DNA of 62,052 bases, filler included, from Intoshia linei (GCA_001642005.1; 4 parts of 4 records of this genome joined end to end with filler, not necessarily neighbours in it), one strand, 5' to 3'. Shown: positions 15,001-26,865, counted from the first letter of the whole stretch. Notes: generated by a model from the letters alone, not told the origin. Numbers and translations: made by a program.

Positions 15001-17904
15001 GTAATAATGGCACGTTAATACTTATTTCAGAAAGGACATATTTAAATTAGAAAATGCGAAAATTCATAATGATGTTAATGATAAATTTGAAAGAGAACCG
15101 ATTATTGCTGTATTTTCTTTAATTGAGGGTATTTCGTTACCATATCCTTTACTTAATTAATTAAATGAATAGTTCCATATGTAATTAACCTTATTGGAAT
15201 TCACATCAAACCTGACGATGTAATTAATGAAATAAATGAATTGTACAATATCATTGAATCTGAAAATTTGATATATGACAAGGTAGTATAATAATAATAT
15301 AGTGATAGTATAAGGAAATGTGTATTATAAGGAGCCCTAAAAAATGAGATAATAATAACCTATTATAATTAAAATAGATTATTTTAGTTATTTAATTAAT
15401 ATAACAATACAGGATATTATATTATTATATGTAACGATAATATTAGCTGGCGGTTATATTAAATGGTTTAAAAAATAAAAATTTTACTTTGAAAAACATG
15501 AAAATATATGAAATATTATGGGCGAATAACAGAATTTTACTATACTAGTACTATATAAATATAAATTAACCGGGCGAATAATGGTGGTTTTACGGTATAC
15601 AATTTATGATACATTATATATAAATATACTTAAAACTACCATAATAATAGATGTATAATATTTTCTATTTTGTTGTCACTTATTAATATTTAATTAGAAT
15701 ACCATCATTTTGGGAGACTTAAATGCGGACTGTAAATATTTAAAAAGTAAAGATTGGGCAGATGTTAAAATCTACCATGATAAATCTTACAAATGGCTCA
15801 TTTCTAGCAATGAAGATACTACCGTGAGTGATTCAACATTTTGCGCATATGATCGGTACTACAAAATTTCTTCATTAAAATAAAATAATTTGATAATTCC
15901 AATAGCTGAAACGTCCTGTTGTTTACTTAATATTGAAAAAAAATGTTACCTTGGTGAATTTTGCTTAACCAAAAAAAAAATTTAAAACTCAAAAACACAA
16001 AGATAATTCTGATATTTTGATCTTTAATATACTCTTTTTTGAAATTTATATTTATGTTAATGCTTATGATTTTAAAAACTATTTTAGAATTTATGTTCTC
16101 TGAAATTCTAGGACTATTTTCATTTTTAATAAAAATGGTAATTTAGTGTTTTGAACGTAAAGATATAAGATTTTGAAATTGAAATTTATCATAATGTTGA
16201 TTATTTGAAAATCTTTATCAGATTGTGTATTTTTTATAATTCTAGTACTCGTTTCAAATTTAAAAAAAGAATACATTGGTTTTTTGACCTTGAAGGACTC
16301 GATTTCTGAAAATAAATTTGCATAGAACATCATCCTTTAAAACTATGTAATAAAAATATGGAATTTTAAATCTCGACTCCTATTACTTTCTTAACTTGAA
16401 ACGGAACAGAAAAATAAGTATATAAATAAACAGACATTCATTTTTAATTAAATTAATTTATATAAATAAGGATAAAAGTATTTATGCATTATTTTATTAT
16501 TATTTAGAATCATAGTGTCTCTACCAATTAAGATTGATTATTATAATATATATAATTTCCAAAAAGAATTTGATTTGGACATTGATAAGGTAATAGTGAT
16601 GATATTTAATTATCATAAATGATATACGTATATTATATATTTGTCATTGTATATTCCAGAGTGTAAGACTCAATTTGCTTGGCGGGTCAAATATGAAAAA
16701 TATTATTAAGTGGACCGCACAAAAAAAATCTTTACGCAAAACTTTATGTTTAAACTAACAATTTTAATCAATAAAATGAAATAAGGAACAATAATAATGG
16801 AATAAGACTGCAAATAATGTTAAAATTGTAATCGGGAATAAATACATCATGAAAAACATATGATAATAAAAAAACTGTATGAAAAACTGTAATAAAAGAA
16901 TTAAAAATGTATATTGTAACTGGCCGCACATTCCACAATTGGAGCCGCAAATGGCCCGCGGGTCGCATTCTTACTTTATCTATTATTTTTTTATAATTTT
17001 TGTTTCCGATCCGCATGTATGGATTCAGCGATTTGAAAATATTTTAGTATTCACAATGGACATTGGATAATGTTAATGATAATTTAAATATCAACATTGG
17101 ACCTTACTAGTGGGTTTTATCAAATTCCATTACGTAAGGTCGATCGACCAAAAACGGCTTTTAGTTCAACATGTGGGGCAAAGTTATACCAATTTTTTGT
17201 CATGCCTCAGGGTTTAGTAAATACGCCAGCGTCTTCCCAACGTATAATGGACAGAGTTTTTTGTGGTATTTCCAATATTATGGTGTATATGGACGATATC
17301 ATAATTGCATTCAAATCGATAGAAGAACATTTTATGGTCCAACATTCACAGTTAACTATACATATCAATTTTTAAAATTTTATTCTAGCTCGATTTTTGT
17401 GCTTTTTATCGACGTTTAAATTTCGGTTATTTATGCATGTGTGTAATGTTTATAAAATTTTCAATCTATCTACAAATCTATACACAAAAACAGAATTATT
17501 ATACTAACGACAATTAGTTATAAATATAATTAGCTGTAATTACTAATTATAGTTTTTATTACATATATAATTATAATTATAAAAAAAAATTTTTTATATT
17601 ATAGAAAACATCTATTTATTAATACATAATGCAGCTGAACACGATTCCTTAAAATATACAATCATTTGTAATTTTTCATAAGACAAAGCTGGAATTTAAG
17701 TTTTTGTAAAAAAAATAAAAATTATTAATAGCAATAAAAAAAATTATTAAATTTCCTTTGCAATTTGCTGTAAATTTAATGCGTTACCACTGTATACAGT
17801 ATATAATATTGTTATTTTAGGCAAAAGCTATTAGCGATCATTATCCAGTTGAGGTTGCTGTCAAGCTAGATGAATGCTTGATTGGAAAATTGAAATGCAA
17901 TTAA
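6089..17904 (+). CDS. Secreted tandem two-domain deoxyribonuclease I-like protein (about 575 aa, 13 exons)
   Basis: Exons 6089-6259, 6571-6761, 7234-7331, 7916-8022, 8422-8579, 10950-11031, 12063-12269, 14302-14483, 15031-15128, 15173-15282, 15698-15855, 16508-16589, 17821-17904. All GT-AG and phase-consistent (1728 nt). Hydrophobic N-terminus. Each half has GSFNMQIFG, LQEIRE, GR..SKE.YA..Y, FEREP, GIHIKPDD, GD(F/L)NADC, DTTV...CAYDRII and SDHYPVE. Confidence 0.93.
9820..10820. mobile_element. Non-autonomous hAT element with nested repeat, in DNase intron 5
   Basis: Ends CAGCTTTTCCCAAC / GGTTGAGAATGCCTG flanked by a perfect 8-bp TSD ATCTATAG (9812-9819 and 10821-10828). Confidence 0.8.
12298..12770. 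mobile_element. Tc1/pogo-type MITE
   Basis: TA|CAGTCACCCCTCTCAATA...TATTGAGAGATTTGACTG|TA: terminal inverted repeats with TA target duplication. Confidence 0.75.
13724..14153. mobile_element. hAT MITE (CAGGGATTGG family), copy 1
   Basis: TIR CAGGGATTGGAAATAATTGATTGCAA / TTGCAATCAATTAATTCCAATCCCTG. 8-bp TSD AAATTGAC/AAATTGAT. Inserted into another repeat that is also seen at about 35390-35500. Confidence 0.82.
17097..17340 (+). mobile_element. Ty3/gypsy reverse transcriptase fragment, in last DNase intron
   Basis: DLTSGFYQIPL...KTAFSS...LYQF..MPQGLVNTPA..QR.MD...VYMDDIII (YxDD). Confidence 0.9.
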
Positions 17905-19668
17905 GCCAACAAAAATGATATGGAGACATTTATATATTTATTGATTATTATTAAATTAATATTATTATTTATTATTTTAAAAATGTTATTAGTATCAAAT
18001 TAAATATACACGTATAATTTTGTTTATATTTTTGTTAGAAAATTTTTTATTACAGTACAAAAAATATTCAACAGTGGTTCATAAAAATGTATCTCAGAAC
18101 TATATATCGCTGTTTTTAGAAATTTTTTCAAAAGATAAAAACTCGTAATTGTTTAATGTATATAAAATAATTAATATAATTTTACATGCATGATGTGGTT
18201 TCAATTAATTTATTAGGTGCTAACTTTTATAATTAATTTTGAAATTAGATAGAATTTGACTGATTTCATGAATACATGTATACGTAAAAGCTGAAATTTG
18301 TTATTTCATCATTACATCTTTGAGAAATTGAAACAATATGATAAAATATATCAAAAAATAAAAATTAAATTATTCTAATTATTAAATAATTAAAGTAAAA
18401 AATCCTTTATAAAATAATATTTTATTATGTGTCACCACATAATGTCATGACTTTAAATTTTTATGTATATGTGGAATGCATTCCTTAAATAGTTAAAAAA
18501 ACCCTTTCGTATTTTGGAATTATAATGTGTTAAAAATAAACCTTTTCGTATTTTGGCGTATTCTTTATTAAAAAAACGTGGACGCGTAACCAGTCAGTTT
18601 CCGGTGAACGAGGAATTATTCAATACATATGTAAATTGTACAAATAAATTAAAGCTATGTTTATCTTATTTGAACGTTTTTTTTCTATTATGCATATTAT
18701 CATAATTATACAATATCTAGAAATTGAACAAACCCAATTTCCTTTACAGCTCTTCGAATACGATTGTTCCCCGCAAATTTCAGACACTTGGGCCTTCAAT
18801 TTTATAAAATCTAAAATACCTTTTTTTTTTTAAATAAAAAGAGTTTTAGAATGTTATAAATCTGCCAAAATGTATAGTTTAAATTACAATAAATTCGATA
18901 GTAAACATGAATGTTTTTTACATTCCCTAATTAGCCAAATCATAAAAACATTTGACATTTTTATATTTTATCAAGAATGGAGCACAGTATGACAACATTT
19001 TATTGGAATATTTAAAAACAATTTGATATTTTCATTTTTTTACATACAGATTTTTTCAAATACATTTTAGTATAGCATTTTGCATAATTAAATTAATTAC
19101 TTATTATCATTAAAAAGTAAATTTAATTGGAAAATGTTTCAGAAAGTTGGAGGTGAATTTTTTAATCTTGCAAGGGTGACACTGAAAAGAAGTTTCACGA
19201 CCTCTGACTTAGATATTACGATAAGATACCTTGCCAAAATTAGTTAAAAGTAAACAACTTAATATATTATATTTGTTGATTATATTGATATTATATTATA
19301 TGAATTACATACATATTTAGTTTCAGGATTTGGGGCATCAAATTTATATTATAATTGCAGCACCATTTCAGCTTGTGATGGTCAATTATATTGGCCACTG
19401 GAGCCAACAATTAAATTTTTATATTACTTTGTTTTGGCTAATATTGATCTATCAATTAGATATGCTTTAATCAAATTAAAAAATAATCTAACACGGTAAT
19501 ATAATGAAGAAATTACTTGATTTTCATTTAGTTTAAGTTGTAGCATAAATACTGATATTCATTTTTTAAAATTTTAAATATAATCATTTATATACAATTT
19601 TAATATATTCACTTAAAATATTAAAATTGAAATTAATTTCACAATGGTAATGACCCATTACTTACATG

Positions 19669-20313
19669 CAGGGATTAGAATTAATTAATTTATATGAAAT
19701 AATTGCAATTAATTGTAAAATGAAAAAATATTTTCCAATTAATTGCTTTATGAAAAATAAAAAATTTCAATTAATTGAAGATTGATAACAACATCATAAT
19801 CATTTTAAAAAAACTGTCATGTGGTTATAATGAATACTAGGATGCTGTTTGTTTGAAGTACATAAAAGTCAAGCTAGTAGGTTAAATACATCATTTTTCT
19901 GGTGACAAACGCGTTTCTATTTTTTTTAAAATTGCATAAAATAATGAAAAGTTGTTAATATTTTATCATATAGTGACAAACTATTTAGTTGCATTATATT
20001 TTATTTCCAAAATATTTTCATATTATTTACTTTATTTCTTTCTTTGAATTTGGAAATAAATAAAGCATGGTTGTACTGTGATACGCTACAACGAGTGTTG
20101 ACAGTGTCAATTGACACCTTAATATTGTAATTTTTAAACTACATATAAAAAATTTAATTAATTTTTTCATCCAACCATTCGTCAATAAAAAAATTCAATT
20201 AATATTTTTTTAGTTATATGAAAAAAACCAATTAATTAAAAAATAAATATTAAACAAACAATTAATTGGTTTATACAAAATAATTGATTGCAATCAATTA
20301 TTTCCAATCCCTG
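19669..20313. mobile_element. hAT MITE (CAGGGATTGG family), copy 2 (longer, inverted)
   Basis: Same TIRs and internal sequence as 13724-14153 in opposite orientation. TSD CTTACATG/CCTACATG. A third partial copy ends at about 21229. Confidence 0.82.
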
Positions 20314-22230
20314 CCTACATGTATGTCTATGCGACGACTCGTAAATTATTAGCGTTTTCAAAAGTTTTAATTCGTTATATCGCGAATATTAACAAAGATA
20401 AATAATAAGGTGATTAATGGCATATGACTGAAGACTTTTGAAACACAATAATACGTTAAATTAAAATAATAAAAATAATAATTTTAATTATATAATAACA
20501 CTAATAGACGCGACATTTTGCACCCGTACAAAATTTATATTTTCCCTTTACATGAATTAAACCTATACAAATAGTTAATAGTTAATTTTGTATTTATTGT
20601 CTAATTTGCGTCTTAAAATAATAATTATAAAGTGCTGAAAAAGCGAATCAAAGTTTTAAGTTTTTGATATATTTTTTAAATATACACAAAAAACATGTAC
20701 GTTTCGATTTATTCAAAAACTCTATTAAGATTATTTTCTAAATGTACGGAATACAGCTAATGCCAGCGTAGTTATGTATATTAGCCGTGACCGTGCTAAT
20801 GTATTCAAGAAAAGATATGCGGAGAGAGGTGATGTGAGAAAAATATTAAAACAGTTTAATATTAAATTATTATGCTTATGCTTGTTTAAATCTTTGAATA
20901 TCATTTTGTGTGTCGGAAGTACCCTAAATATATAATTAACTAGGTTGACTGTTATATACTACGTACAAACATCACCTAGCTTTACCAAGGGAACATTTTT
21001 ATTATACCAAAAAAATAAATTCACGATGAAAATCTAACATAAAAATCCTACTATTCACTATTATTTATCATTTAAAAGAGTTTCCAAACTTGTTTCAGGT
21101 GGAACAATCATAACAAATTACTTTTTACTTTAAATTGAAAAAATCAATTAATTGAAAAATTAATATTAAGCAAACAATTAATTGGTTTATGCAAAATAAT
21201 TGATTGCAATCAATTATTTCCAATCCCTGGTCATCACTGTCGTTCATTTATACTGTAATTTTTACAATTCTAATAAAATAAACGAAATAAATCAATTAAT
21301 ATGAAAATCAATAAAAATTCAAACTAAAAAAATAAAAATTAATAAAATAATTGAGTGCTGGCCGCCGGGTGTAATATGATAATTAAAGTGTAAAAATTTT
21401 ATACTGAAAATTACTTTGCAATCTTTTAATATGGTGATCACCTTTTTCTAAGATGTATTTTGTCATTAATATTATAAAACTGTAGTAAAAATTGTTGTCT
21501 GTTATTGTCCTAACGTAGAAATTGTAAAAATTTATATTATTATTGCGACAATTTTTTATTGACCTATAGAATAACAAAAAAACTGACCTGAAAATGAAAT
21601 TTACTGACTTTATCTGACCTTAAAATTTTTTTGTGTTTTTATGGTTAATACCAACTAAATCTACCGTAACCAAACTTTCTTTTTGTAGGCTTTAAATTAA
21701 ATCAATACAATATTTAATACACCTTAATTTTAATATTCGCATAGGCCTCGATTATGATGGTGTCGGTCACTTTACATATTAAATTAATATAAATAAAACT
21801 TAAAATAAGGAATATTTTTGTGTGTAATCATGAATATGAATAACAAGGAACTCAATCTCATAAATCTCATTGTGTAATGTTAGAGATGTTGAAAATTATT
21901 AATGTTTATTGTAGTATAACAGTGATGGCAGCTAACTAAAACTTGGTGTGTTAAATATAATACTATTTTTAGAAATTTTTTTCTAGTGTTTTTTTATTAA
22001 AAAAATATTAGGTCAATTAAAAACGTCAATTAAGTCAAATAACTTAATGATGGAAAATGAGTTAAAAAAATTTTTACATTTATTTAGATTTAAAAAATTA
22101 AGCTGCAAGTTTTTCAATGGGAGATTCATAACTTGTATATTAACGCTACACAAGCCTAACTAGTTTCATCGTGAAATCTATTCCTTTTATGATTTTTGAC
22201 ATTATTCAATGTGGAAAATAACGATTCACA

Positions 22231-22330
22231 NNNNNNNNNNNNNNNNNNNNNNNNNNNNNNNNNNNNNNNNNNNNTTAATTAATTAANNNNNNNNNNNNNN
22301 NNNNNNNNNNNNNNNNNNNNNNNNNNNNNN
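22231..22330. other. Assembly gap with TTAATTAATTAA spacer
   Basis: N-run containing a six-frame stop linker; identical to the gaps at 50191-50290 and 54923-55022. Confidence 0.98.
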
Positions 22331-23574
22331 GAGCTATTTGGTATGCAATTTTAAAAGAAGCTTGTAATAGTGGTTTTTCGGACATAACAAAACCTAAATT
22401 AGGTATATTTCTTTTTTGATCAAATCTACGTCGTTTAATTTTTCTATAGAATATGGTTCTACTTGCGATTCAAAACGGAAATCAAAATTTTTTTGTTGTA
22501 ATGGTTGTTGAGTTTGTAAATTTGATATGCAAAAACTACTAGAACACGCTCCACTTTCTCCATGAGAATCAATTTGCATTTGAAGAAAATTTTCATCTTC
22601 GTCAATTTTTATTTTTTATCATTAATATGCTATCTCAATTTTGTTTAAATATTTGATGGTAGTTTGGATTTTTTAGATAAAGCGCATACTTGTTCATTAA
22701 ATCTTTTGAATTTTACTAATCCTAATGGAATCGGTCCCAGAGTGCACTTCATCCATAAAGAATATTGTTCTATTGCAGTTTTATCACAATAATAAGATTT
22801 TCGTTGTGAGTTATTTTCCATTTCTAAAAAATGATATCTTCCCATTACTTTTTTTATAGTAAGTAAGTTCGATAAATTACTAAGCGGTTCACTAACCACT
22901 ACTCCATAAAGACGCGTCCACTTAAGACTTTTATTGAATAATTCATTTTTGGATCTCGATATTTCAATTTTATATTATTAATTATAAGATTAATAAATAA
23001 ATAAAATATTGTATTAAAATAGTGTAATAAAGTATAGTACACATTTTTAAAAATAAAAATATCAGAAGTATTTTTAATTTCAGGCGAGATTAATTTCAAT
23101 TAAATAAATTAATTTTTACATGTTTGTGATCAGTGCATAAAAACACACCTATATGCAAATATACTTTTCGATCTTTAAAAAAGTGGACACCCTACTAATC
23201 ATGCATCATTCATTGCCAATAACTACTTATTAAAATTTTAAATAAAAATGTATTGGATGAAACACAATGTAACTTAGTTATGGCGATATTATTTGTATTG
23301 GTAGCTTGATAGATAGAGGAATTAAATCAGAAGTTCAATCGAAACCTGTAGGTTTAAGTCCCGAATCTAACAGATTAAATTATAGATAAAATGAATTGAT
23401 TATCAATGTTGGTAGTTGTTTAAAATTTCATAGCCATGAATAAGCATGTGTGGTAGTCATCTAACAGAAAAGATCCAATGGGCGAATTTGAAAGGGGTTC
23501 CTAAAAAAAACATAGAAAAAAAATTTTATTGTGCGAATTTGAGAATATTCATTGTATTTTGTTCGATCTCTTTC

Positions 23575-23860
23575 CTGAATAGACAAAAGCATTCTAAACA
23601 TATCCAGTCATATCACATTTGTACATTTTGATTCCATATTATGACGCTTTCCAGGATTATATTGTTTGAATAAAAGACGACATATATGTAAAATCATTGT
23701 TTTATCGATGGAAATTTCTTTCCCAGGAGTGTAAAGTGCTTGAATATTTGTCAACAAATCGTTCATGATATTAGAAATTTTATATAATCGAGATTATTTT
23801 CATTATTGCTGAAATGCCAATTAGCTAAAATTAAAGTAAATTGGTTATATGTAGGGCAAT
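23575..23860 (-). mobile_element. piggyBac transposase fragment
   Basis: Minus strand: WHFSNN...RLYKISNIMNDLLTNIQALYTPGKEISIDKTMI...RLLFKQYNPGKRH..GIKMYK (DDE_Tnp_1_7-type motifs). Confidence 0.85.
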
Positions 23861-24156
23861 TTTTTCAATAACCTATAAAAAAAATAACCTAACGACTGAT
23901 TTTTAGTAACTTTAAAAAATTTATTTGCATACAACTCTAATTTGAATCTTGTTAACTTCAATCGATTAGTTTTCATTTTTTACAAGTATTTTTTATCTGT
24001 TTTTATTTCGTATCACTTGAAAATTCAAAATATTCTTTCTTTAAAAAAAATAACTTTCTATATCCAGTACCATATAAGGAAGTCTTTCATACTTCAGTTC
24101 CAAATATTCAGATATATTCAATATACCAAATATTAATTTAAATGAAGAAAATTAAA

Positions 24157-24357
24157 CTATGCAAATGGATAATTAAAAGAGTATTTATTTTTGTGATACA
24201 AAATTATGTATTTTTTAATATTTTCAGGTGCGAATGGTCTCTGTTTAGTTATCATTTTTTTTAACAGACTAAAACTTATTTCTACGCTGACGGATGTAGA
24301 AGAAGCGTTCCTTAGAGAATGATATAATGGGGATTTGTTTGAATCTAAATTATTCAT
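24157..24357 (-). mobile_element. hAT-like transposase C-terminal fragment
   Basis: LRNASSTSVSVEISFSLLKKMITKQRPFAPENIKKYI resembles the TSxxVERSFS dimerisation motif. Confidence 0.6.
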
Positions 24358-24569
24358 AATGGCATATATGTCGTTTTTCTTTTTATTTTACCTGTAAAAG
24401 TGAAACTTTTAGAATGAAATATAAGTGTTCAATTTCAAAAAAATGACTAACTTTTAGAAAAATCCAATAAATATTTAATTAATATTTACAATTGTACTAT
24501 TCTACTGTAAGTTGTTAATTAAGTTAACAGTGTCCCTGGATACCAGAGCTTTATTATTATATCTCCCAT

Positions 24570-25040
24570 TATGCTTATTAGGCATTGCACCGGAAACACC
24601 TCAGTTTCCTCGACGAGATTTCCCGATAGCGATGTCGATCCTCCGACCCTCGCGCGTGCATTTGGTAATTACCCGACCGCGCTGCTTGTCCAGCCGGCTC
24701 TTAGTGTGGTCTTTAAAAATAATTGCCAATTGTTCGACGGTATCGCCTTGGATCCCACGCACTTGCTGTTTTACCTCCCGGAGGACCCGCCTGAACAACT
24801 CCTGCTCACATATTCAACGGACATTCGCCTTTGTCATCTGAGGCCGTGCTCTTTTTAAGTGGCACATCATCTCTTGAAAAGAGCCAACAACGTTTTTAGC
24901 GTCGACTTCAACACATGTAAAGTCCATGTAAGCCCGGTTAACCTTATCATGCAAATTGTCTTGCCCATGATAAATTGCAACCATCAATTCCAGTCTTTTT
25001 TTGCCGTGAGGCACGTCCTTGCAGAGGACCATGAGTGCTA
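24570..25040 (-). mobile_element. LTR-retrotransposon gag-like fragment
   Basis: Locally GC-richer island. Minus-strand frame broken by one stop: ...QEMMCHLKRARP...*ICEQELFRRVLREVKQQVRGIQGDTVEQLA...TKCTREGRRIDIA. This resembles capsid C-terminus plus a decayed CCHC knuckle. Confidence 0.5.
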
Positions 25041-25049
25041 TCAATGTCG

Positions 25050-25655
25050 CTTCTATGCCTAACAATTTATGATAAGTAAATTTGGCATATAACACCTCAG
25101 ACCTCGCATTGTGAGATTTCTATTTTCAATTACTGGGCTAAGATCAGTACACCATCATCTAACAAAATATGTCTTCGTATAATCCATCACTTTTACCTAT
25201 CTTTATAATGACCGCTCCTCCGCATTGTTTGACAACTTTCAAAAAATACAAATTACCCTAAGAATCATACATGTCTGGCTTAAAATTAATCCATGACACA
25301 TAATCATTTCGATTACTCGTGTATCCATTGTGAGTGTCATTTTCATATGTAAAATCGACATTCTTTTTATTATCATCACTTGTTCCTATCATTTTCGTTG
25401 TACCATCGTGTGCTGCGTTTGTAAACAACAACAATGGCAACAACGTAATTGAAACGTATGAAGTTTTAACGTTACAGTTTGTCATAGCATCTAGAACGGT
25501 CAATACATTTATGTCATAGCAATAGCTTGGTCAAATACCAAAATATCACTATGCGTTTTCATGTTATGTATCAAGTTATTATAATCCGGTTCATTTATAT
25601 TATCCATCTCCGCTATCAAATCGAGCACTTTTCTCTTGAAACTGTTGTCTACCAT
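25050..25655 (-). pseudogene. Endogenous viral element: alphavirus-supergroup (virga-like) methyltransferase fragment
   Basis: QAIA-(frameshift)-YDINVLTVLDAMTNCNVKTSYVSITLLPLLL...VDFTYENDTHNGYTSNRNDYVSWI. This parallels the tobamovirus AIALHSIYDI....AALLRKNVHTCYAAFHF motif and the downstream FxFxxDxxxxYxH region. Confidence 0.65.
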
Positions 25656-25746
25656 ATTTGCAATTAATATATTCAAATATTTTATAATATCGGATTTGAG
25701 AGGATAAAAGTATTTTACGATGCCTATTAAAGTATTTCCAAAATTA

Positions 25747-26865
25747 TTATTTACGTTGCATCAATTTTTCAATTTCAACAAATGTATTATCTATTATAGT
25801 AATTTAAATCTTACTTGAGTTATTGACAGTCGATTTCATATTATATAAATTTTTTCTGTTTATCTTACGATTAATTTCATTCAAAATTAGAGTATTGTTG
25901 GCTCAAAAGCGAAACAGTTTTGTCGTATTCGGAATTTTATTTAGTTAGATTGTGTATTCTGTTATATTAAATATCTGTGTATTCTGTCCTTGCCTAGTAA
26001 AGCAATGAGCTCGTGTTTCTCTTCCTTATATAAGTCAAAAATAAGTCGATACTATTTTTAATTTGGATCAGCATGTTCGAAAAATTCTTCAGAAATACCG
26101 TGGTCATGGATTTTTTTACTTTATTTGACATTATCAATTTTTCGTAAACGGGCGAAACCAAATGAAAAACACCTATATGTATGATTTAACTTGATTAATT
26201 TACATATGTTACTGGGTATTACTTCGTCTGTCCTATCCCAAATTGCATCCCTCTGGATATTAGCAATTTGAAAGCTATCTCCTAGTAATATCAGATTTTC
26301 AGATCATACACACGAATTGTATCATACCAGGATGTACGAGGAATGCCCCGTCAATTATTAATGAATTAATCTCGGTGTTGTCGAACTCGTAATTTATGAA
26401 TAATGATCCAAAGGTAATAGCTTTTTCTAATTCTACTGCCACTTGTTTGGAAACAGTTATGATTTGTCCACTTACTTTTTCATATAACTTTTTAATGTGA
26501 GTCGTTTTTCCTGAGCTGACAACCAAATTCATGGCTTACGAACCAACCTGCTCATATGGATAAAACAGTTTCTCTACGCCGTAGCCTATTGTTAGACAAA
26601 TCGATGGTTTTAATATTTTCCTTAATCGGTTTATTAAACCGCAAATATTGGACTGAATCTAACGCCTCTAGCGCGTAATTACATATATCATGTAGTGTTT
26701 GATTCTACATGCGTTTTCTTGATGGACTATTTTTCTATCCTACTCGTAATTTGTTCTGTCGTCCTGTCTATATATTACAATTGTTCTTCTTTCATCATCA
26801 CAAGGAGGGTGATCCGTCCTTGGAACTAATTGAATCTCTTGACCCATGTTTGCACACCAATCAAT
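25747..26865 (-). pseudogene. Endogenous viral element: viral superfamily-1 RNA helicase (virga-like)
   Basis: Walker A SSGKTT, Walker B LIIDGAFLVHPGMI (DE>DG), motif III ILLGDSFQIANIQR, motif IV LNHTYRC and LTY.KEEKHEL occur in the correct order across frameshifts. No introns. Confidence 0.85.

Noticed and set aside
6089-17904. Two separate tandem DNase I genes
   Set aside because: There is no stop after the first SDHYPVE and no second signal peptide; exon 12063-12269 bridges both domains in frame.
19321-19410. Possible rRNA/mitochondrial fragment (also 20750-20810)
   Set aside because: Only vague resemblance; no conserved rRNA signature could be aligned.
22231-22330. TTAATTAATTAA palindrome within N-runs (three times)
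   Set aside because: Scaffolding linker with stops in all six frames; not biological.
22645-22899. NDUFAF2/NDUFA12-like assignment
   Set aside because: Similarity is superficial; the diagnostic GNKYY and W..W motifs are absent.
24512-25062. Plus-strand ORFs 24512-24841, 24571-24858 and 24859-25062
   Set aside because: Shadow ORFs of the GC-richer minus-strand gag-like fragment.
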